A DNA stretch of 58,722 bases, the filler included, from Sphacelaria rigidula (taxonomy: Eukaryota): NCBI GenBank assembly GCA_964200075.2. It is 9 parts of 9 records of this genome, joined end to end, with 100 filler letters (N's around TTAATTAATTAA, not from the genome) between each part and the next. Parts side by side here need not be neighbours in the genome. Positions count along the whole stretch, not along the records: positions 52,288 to 58,722 come from CAXNAA020020081.1; 8 more parts are not named here. One strand, 5' to 3'. Both the position numbers and the translations under genes were made by a program. Below the pieces are notes generated by a model. The model did not search any database. It was not told the origin of the DNA and saw only the letters and a list, made by a program, of their open reading frames with translations. Shown here piece by piece: positions 53,997 through 58,722 of the stretch; position 1 is the first letter of the stretch, and each line of letters opens with the position of its first letter.

Positions 53997-55310
53997 CTAC
54001 CAACACCATTTTTCCTCCAAGTGTTCCTCGAAGGTGAAATCGCAGTAACACCAAGGCGTACGGCGAAGCAGCTCTACACCTTGCGGCAGCGTTGTACTGT
54101 CCAGTTTCATTTCACTGTGCACGGTCAGCGTTTTCAACCCTTTGGGCCACCGGACCCCCGACAGAGACCAAGAGAAATGATCAGGTTCCACGGATAGAGT
54201 CAGTGCGGTGAGAGAAATCGGCCAGTCAGACATGCCGAACAATGATTCATCAAATCCGCATCCCAACGACAACTCTTGTAGCATGGGAGGCCAGGCGATC
54301 TCGGCGATCGGGCGGTTGAAATAGCAACCAAATACCAGCCGTTGCAGCGACGTAGGCCATGCTACAATTCCAATTGGCTGGTTGAAATTACTCCCAAATG
54401 TTAGGTTTTGGAGAGATACAGGCCACTGCACACCCTCAATTGGTTGATCGAACATCTCCCCGAACGTCAGGTCTTGAAGGGAAGCAGGCCACCGCACGCC
54501 CTCAATTGTCTGATTGAAGTCCTGCCCGAATTTCAGCTGCCGCAACGAGGCAGGCCACGTCACGTGCTCGATTGGTTGGTCGAACCTCTCCCCAAACGTC
54601 AGCTGCTGCAGCGAGCAAGGCCAAGCCACATCCTCGATTGGCCAATCAAACGAATGCCCAAGCACCAGCTGCTTCAGCGAGGCAGGCCACACCATGCTCT
54701 CGATTGGTTGGTCGAATTCACACCCGAAAAGTACTTGCTGCAGCGATTCAGGCCACAGCACACATTCGATTGGGTAATCGAAGCTGTCCCCCAAATCCAG
54801 CTGCTGCAGTGATACAGGCCATTTGACATCCTCGACTGGCTGGTTAAAGTGTTCCCCGAGCTCTAGTCGCAGCAGTGAGACAGGCCATGTAACACTCTCG
54901 ATTGGCTGGTTAAAGTCATCCCCAAAGTCCAGGTGCAGCAGCGAGGCAGGCCACTCAACACTCTCTATTGATCGGTTGACAGCGCACCAAAACACCACCT
55001 CCTGCACCCTGATGGGCCAGGCCACATCGTTCACATTTCCCTTGAAATCAACACCGAAGATCAGCCATTCCACCTTTGAAAAGCGATCCAGTGCCCGTGC
55101 CAAAGCCTCAGTCGACAAGTTCCACTTCAAAGCTTTGGGAAATACTGCCGGTACTAGGAATGATTTGGCTGGCGTCGGGGTGCTCCTGCTTACATCCGAA
55201 GCTGGCGGTTGCTCGACAGGGGCCCACAGTGTTCTTGGCGTGTCTTTGTCTACCGCAACAAACAGCGTGTTGAATTTTCGGCAAGCCGCACATAACTGCA
55301 TTGATACCAC
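53997..55310 (-). CDS. FNIP-repeat (LRR-like) protein; one long exon, true 5' end uncertain
   Basis: About 13 tandem 22-aa units with consensus F(N/D)QPIExVxWPxSLxxLxFGxx between about 55046 and 54130. The open frame extends to 55655, but a ctgcag acceptor before 55310 or the ATG at 55301 is a more plausible start for this exon. Confidence 0.88.
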   Translation of the reverse strand: MVSMQLCAACRKFNTLFVAVDKDTPRTLWAPVEQPPASDVSRSTPTPAKSFLVPAVFPKALKWNLSTEALARALDRFSKVEWLIFGVDFKGNVNDVAWPIRVQEVVFWCAVNRSIESVEWPASLLHLDFGDDFNQPIESVTWPVSLLRLELGEHFNQPVEDVKWPVSLQQLDLGDSFDYPIECVLWPESLQQVLFGCEFDQPIESMVWPASLKQLVLGHSFDWPIEDVAWPCSLQQLTFGERFDQPIEHVTWPASLRQLKFGQDFNQTIEGVRWPASLQDLTFGEMFDQPIEGVQWPVSLQNLTFGSNFNQPIGIVAWPTSLQRLVFGCYFNRPIAEIAWPPMLQELSLGCGFDESLFGMSDWPISLTALTLSVEPDHFSWSLSGVRWPKGLKTLTVHSEMKLDSTTLPQGVELLRRTPWCYCDFTFEEHLEEKWCW

Positions 55311-55355
55311 CTGCAGGTTTCTCGTGGACACGTACGCTTGCCCTCCCGTAGAGTG

Positions 55356-55573
55356 TTGATGCAAAAGAAGGACCCTGATTGCCTCCGAACATGACCTAGA
55401 CGCTGCCATACAAACAACAGCAAAATCCAGCACCATGGCAACACGTGTTGGAGATGGGACAATTTGATGCAAAAGAAGGACCCTGATTGCCTGCGAACAT
55501 GACCTAGACGCAGGGATACAAACAACAGCAAAATCCAGCACAATGGCAACATGTGTTGGAGATGAGACAATTT
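55356..55573. repeat. 108-bp tandem duplication upstream of the FNIP exon
   Basis: ttgatgcaaaagaaggaccctgattgcct... starts at both 55356 and 55464. Confidence 0.9.
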
Positions 55574-56414
55574 TTGGGAGAAGGACACACCACAACATCA
55601 GGGGAAATCCTGATTCGGAACCACCTGGCCGTTTTCTTTCCCCGTGAAAAATCACTGCACACCAGTTTTGAGGTTTATATACCCAAGTTAGGTCCGCACG
55701 ATGTCCTGTTACATTTGGGACGCTATACTGCGACAGGGACGCCTAGTTGCACGTCTCGATGATTACATCTTGTGACCCGATCAGTTGCGCCCCGACTAGC
55801 TAGTGAATGCCGTGACTCAGCACGGCAGCGAGCGGAAAGTCGCAATTTCACGCACATAGAGTGCCATGCTATATGCTATCAGGATGTAACCCTTTTTGGC
55901 GCACAATTCATCGCACACACGATACGCTGTGCACCCTGCGAGCCAGATCGTTGTGGAAGAGCTAACCCTCTGCCCTCCCCGTACACATTTCGCGCTTCAT
56001 CGACCATCTCTGCTGACCCGGTGGCTGCCCAGCGTCTCAGGTGATGATTTCTCCCTTCCTTACGAGATCACCTGAGGTGCGACTCCGCTCCAGAAAAAGT
56101 AGTGCACGACGACAAACCGGGGTCAGAACCGAACGCGCTCACCAGTTCGGGAAGAGGCGACAGCACCGTCAGTGACAGTCGATACCGTGATTGACGGAAT
56201 GATCATACTTCACTGGATTTGTGTTAAGGTGTCACGGGTCTCGTGCGACACATCATCTCCCGTACCGTGACACTTGGTGTAAACAGGACCGTTCCTTGCG
56301 CAACATACGTACTACCCAAGATGGTGGACTCATCCGGACAAACGAGTCTAAATGTGCAGTGCACATACTGGTCCACGTTGAACAGGTGACCCCCATAACC
56401 ACGATGAATAGCCC

Positions 56415-56617
56415 CGGGGGGGTGTACTCATGATCTTGCATGCCGTAGTCATAGGACCATTGATCTCGCATCGCTACAAAGCCAAGACGGAGCAAGCCGG
56501 ATTTTCGCCGGACCAGAGATGACTAGCGGGGGGGGGGGGCGTACTCATTTATTGCTTGCCTTAGTCGTTTGACCATTGACCACGCATCCCTTTCGAGACG
56601 GAGCAAGCGGGGGGGGG
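56415..56617 (-). mobile_element. Two adjacent 5'-truncated LINE 3'-end insertions (variant B at 56415-56492; variant A at 56540-56605 with TSD)
   Basis: Both begin on the plus strand with a G run plus (t/c)gtactcat. The second is flanked by agc(g)12 at 56525-56539 and agc(g)9 at 56606-56617. Confidence 0.8.
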
Positions 56618-57199
56618 AGGAAATGACTAGTTCAGCGGGGTTTTCTGGGGTGCAAATAGGCTGTAGGGCCGATGAACCATTGTACTATTCCGTACTCCGG
56701 TGCTAGCCTTGGCGGCAAATTACGTTAACCGTACCACCGTTCGCAGGCACTTGACTAAAATCCAGTCCGTGTCATACTCTTGCCGCCCCCTCACATCATA
56801 TGTGACAAGGTATAGCACCTCACGCTATCAAGTGTTTCGGATCTGACAGTCTTGTCTTCCAACACCACAGGCTCTGAGTCAGTCCTTGAGCCAAATGCCA
56901 ATCCCCACTCCAACTACTCATAACTCCATTGTTCTTGACAAACATCTCCCCTTCACGTACGAGGAGGGGGAGCTGATATCCGCGGTATACCTTCATGTAT
57001 GTGTTCTCTCCTCCCGGTGTATGCAAGTAGCAGTTCGATGCCTCACTTCTGTAGGGTGTATGAATGAGAAAATAGTGAAGTCGAAAGACATGGGCCGAAA
57101 TCTGTCCCCACGGCTTTTGGTTTTTACGATTGGATATGAACGTGGTTTCTGCGCAAGACCTTTCGCACCGGAGCCATGTCGTAGCGGCCGGCAATTTCT

Positions 57200-57441
57200 G
57201 TTTTTTTTTTTGTATTTGTATTTGTTTCGTTTTGTTTGGTTCAATCCCTTTTTTCTTTCCGTTTCGTAGTCTACCCTGTTCGTCTGTTCCATATTTATGT
57301 TCTCCTTCACTTTTCTTGAGCGAGTATTTTCATCTTGTTTTCATCTCGGGTACGTCCATCATGCGACCACGGCTGGATCCCTGGGGGATTGGATCACTCC
57401 AAGTTCGACAATCAATCAATCAATCAATCAACCAACCAACC
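57200..57441 (+). mobile_element. Probable retroposon 3' end with a (CAAT)n/(CAAC)n tail
   Basis: A T-rich UTR-like tract is followed by a GC-richer terminal block and acaatcaatcaatcaatcaatcaaccaaccaacc (57408-57441). Short-tandem-repeat tails are typical of RTE/CR1-type elements. Confidence 0.4.
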
Positions 57442-58722
57442 GAATCGTATGCTACTCTCATGTATTCGAGTTATGCTTCAGTAGGAGACGGGCGTACACA
57501 TCACCGGACATATTGGCTATATTTCAATTTTAGGGTATACCTCAACTAAAATACCTGGATGTAGTGAAGACCAATAAAATACCATTGTAGGGTATTTTAT
57601 GGCTATCTTCATCACTTGAATACAACGTAGGTCAAGCGTGAGTATTTAAAATTTCAAGTAGGCGCTCGCATGAATACCTTACTCGATAAAGGAGCCGGTT
57701 TCGCGGGGTGGGGTGAGATATTATATCCCCCGTGTCGGCCAAAACTCAACCGTAAGGGGGCCGCCCAACCTCTTCGGACCAAGCTTGCGACTAACCTTGC
57801 GCCAGCTCTTCAACAACTTTGCACCAGTCTGGGGCAGATTGGGGAGGGGGGGTGTTGTTATATCAACGAATGCACGCGATTTCCCCCATCTTTATTTCCA
57901 ACGTATACATCCTCTCACTTCATATTTACTGGAAAGCCTGTCACCATAAGGATACGCTCCTGCCATCCACAGTGTACATAGTCCGTGGATCAATATTCAC
58001 AGAATTTCACTTGCAACGATGGTAGCACAAGTTGTATGGAGCTTGTATGGAATTTTGGGAGTACTTTTTCTGTCTGAGACAAGGACAAACGCAGCAAAAA
58101 ACAGCCGAAATCCATTAAAATGATGTATTTGTATATCCCTCGTTCCTCATGTATTCTGATTGGCACACAACACGAACTAGAGGAGCGTGACGGTAAGATC
58201 ACAGGCTTTCCAGAAAATATGGATCGTAAATCGTTGAGAAGAATATAGGGCGGATCGCATGATTCGTAGTTGGTGCTTTTGAGCGGGTGATTCTGCCTTT
58301 TTGGCCGTTCGCTTTTTTTTATTCGCTCGATGGGTTGGGCACGGGATATTTTGCTGAGGATGCAAGCCTCTTATACTAAAGAGAACAATATCTGCAGTGC
58401 CTCCACACACAGTGCAGTGGGAACGTTGTACTACCCAAGCCCATGGGGTTTAGCGTGGGCAGGGTAGTTTCAATGGTTTCGAAATGTCGGGCATATCCCG
58501 CAAGGACGTCACGCTAGCGGTCAGAGCGAATTGGCCATGTGATCCACAGAACATGGAGAACTCCAAAAACGTCGAAAGGGGCAGGTCTTGCACTGAAGTA
58601 CTCGAACGTCCTCAGTTGGGCATTGTGAAAGATTTCAAGGGTCGGACAAATAGTGAGTCGTCTGGAATTTACTTGATTTTACTATGATGAGTCGACTTGT
58701 GACGAATCAATCCCTAGGCTTT

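Noticed and set aside
53292..54197. 301-aa plus-strand ORF
   Set aside because: It crosses a (TA)n microsatellite, overlaps the FNIP gene antisense and has no recognisable motifs.
54408..55359. Repetitive plus-strand ORFs
   Set aside because: These are antisense shadows of the FNIP 66-bp repeats.
57866..58265. Degenerate inverted repeat (about 95-bp arms, 57866-57961 versus 58181-58265)
   Set aside because: It is real but too diverged to define ends or a TSD; probably old MITE debris.

Overview
Eukaryotic, repeat-rich DNA, most consistent with a stramenopile and probably a brown alga (inferred from the FNIP-repeat gene, the histone sequences and the intron style). The window is not one locus. 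It consists of nine unrelated contigs of 6437-6435 bp, sorted by length and joined by artificial N44-TTAATTAATTAA-N44 linkers, so adjacency across linkers means nothing. Supported genes: the last exon of a short-chain dehydrogenase/reductase (217-372), a divergently transcribed histone H1 (3 exons, minus strand) and histone H4 (plus strand) pair, and an FNIP-repeat protein (minus strand, about 54.0-55.3 kb). Most of the rest is transposon debris: non-LTR reverse transcriptase and zinc-knuckle remnants, a tRNA-derived SINE, tyrosine-recombinase relics, hAT- and PIF/Harbinger-type MITEs, foldbacks and microsatellites. Two observations stand out. (1) H1 and H4 share an identical 3' stem (GGTGTT-5 nt-AACACC) followed, after the same 11-nt spacer, by a GARAGAAAA element; this resembles the metazoan stem-loop plus U7-binding histone downstream element, and here it also occurs on an intron-containing H1. 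(2) A LINE family whose 3' ends terminate in poly(C) rather than poly(A), with one copy flanked by an AGC(G)9 target-site duplication, suggesting priming at G tracts.
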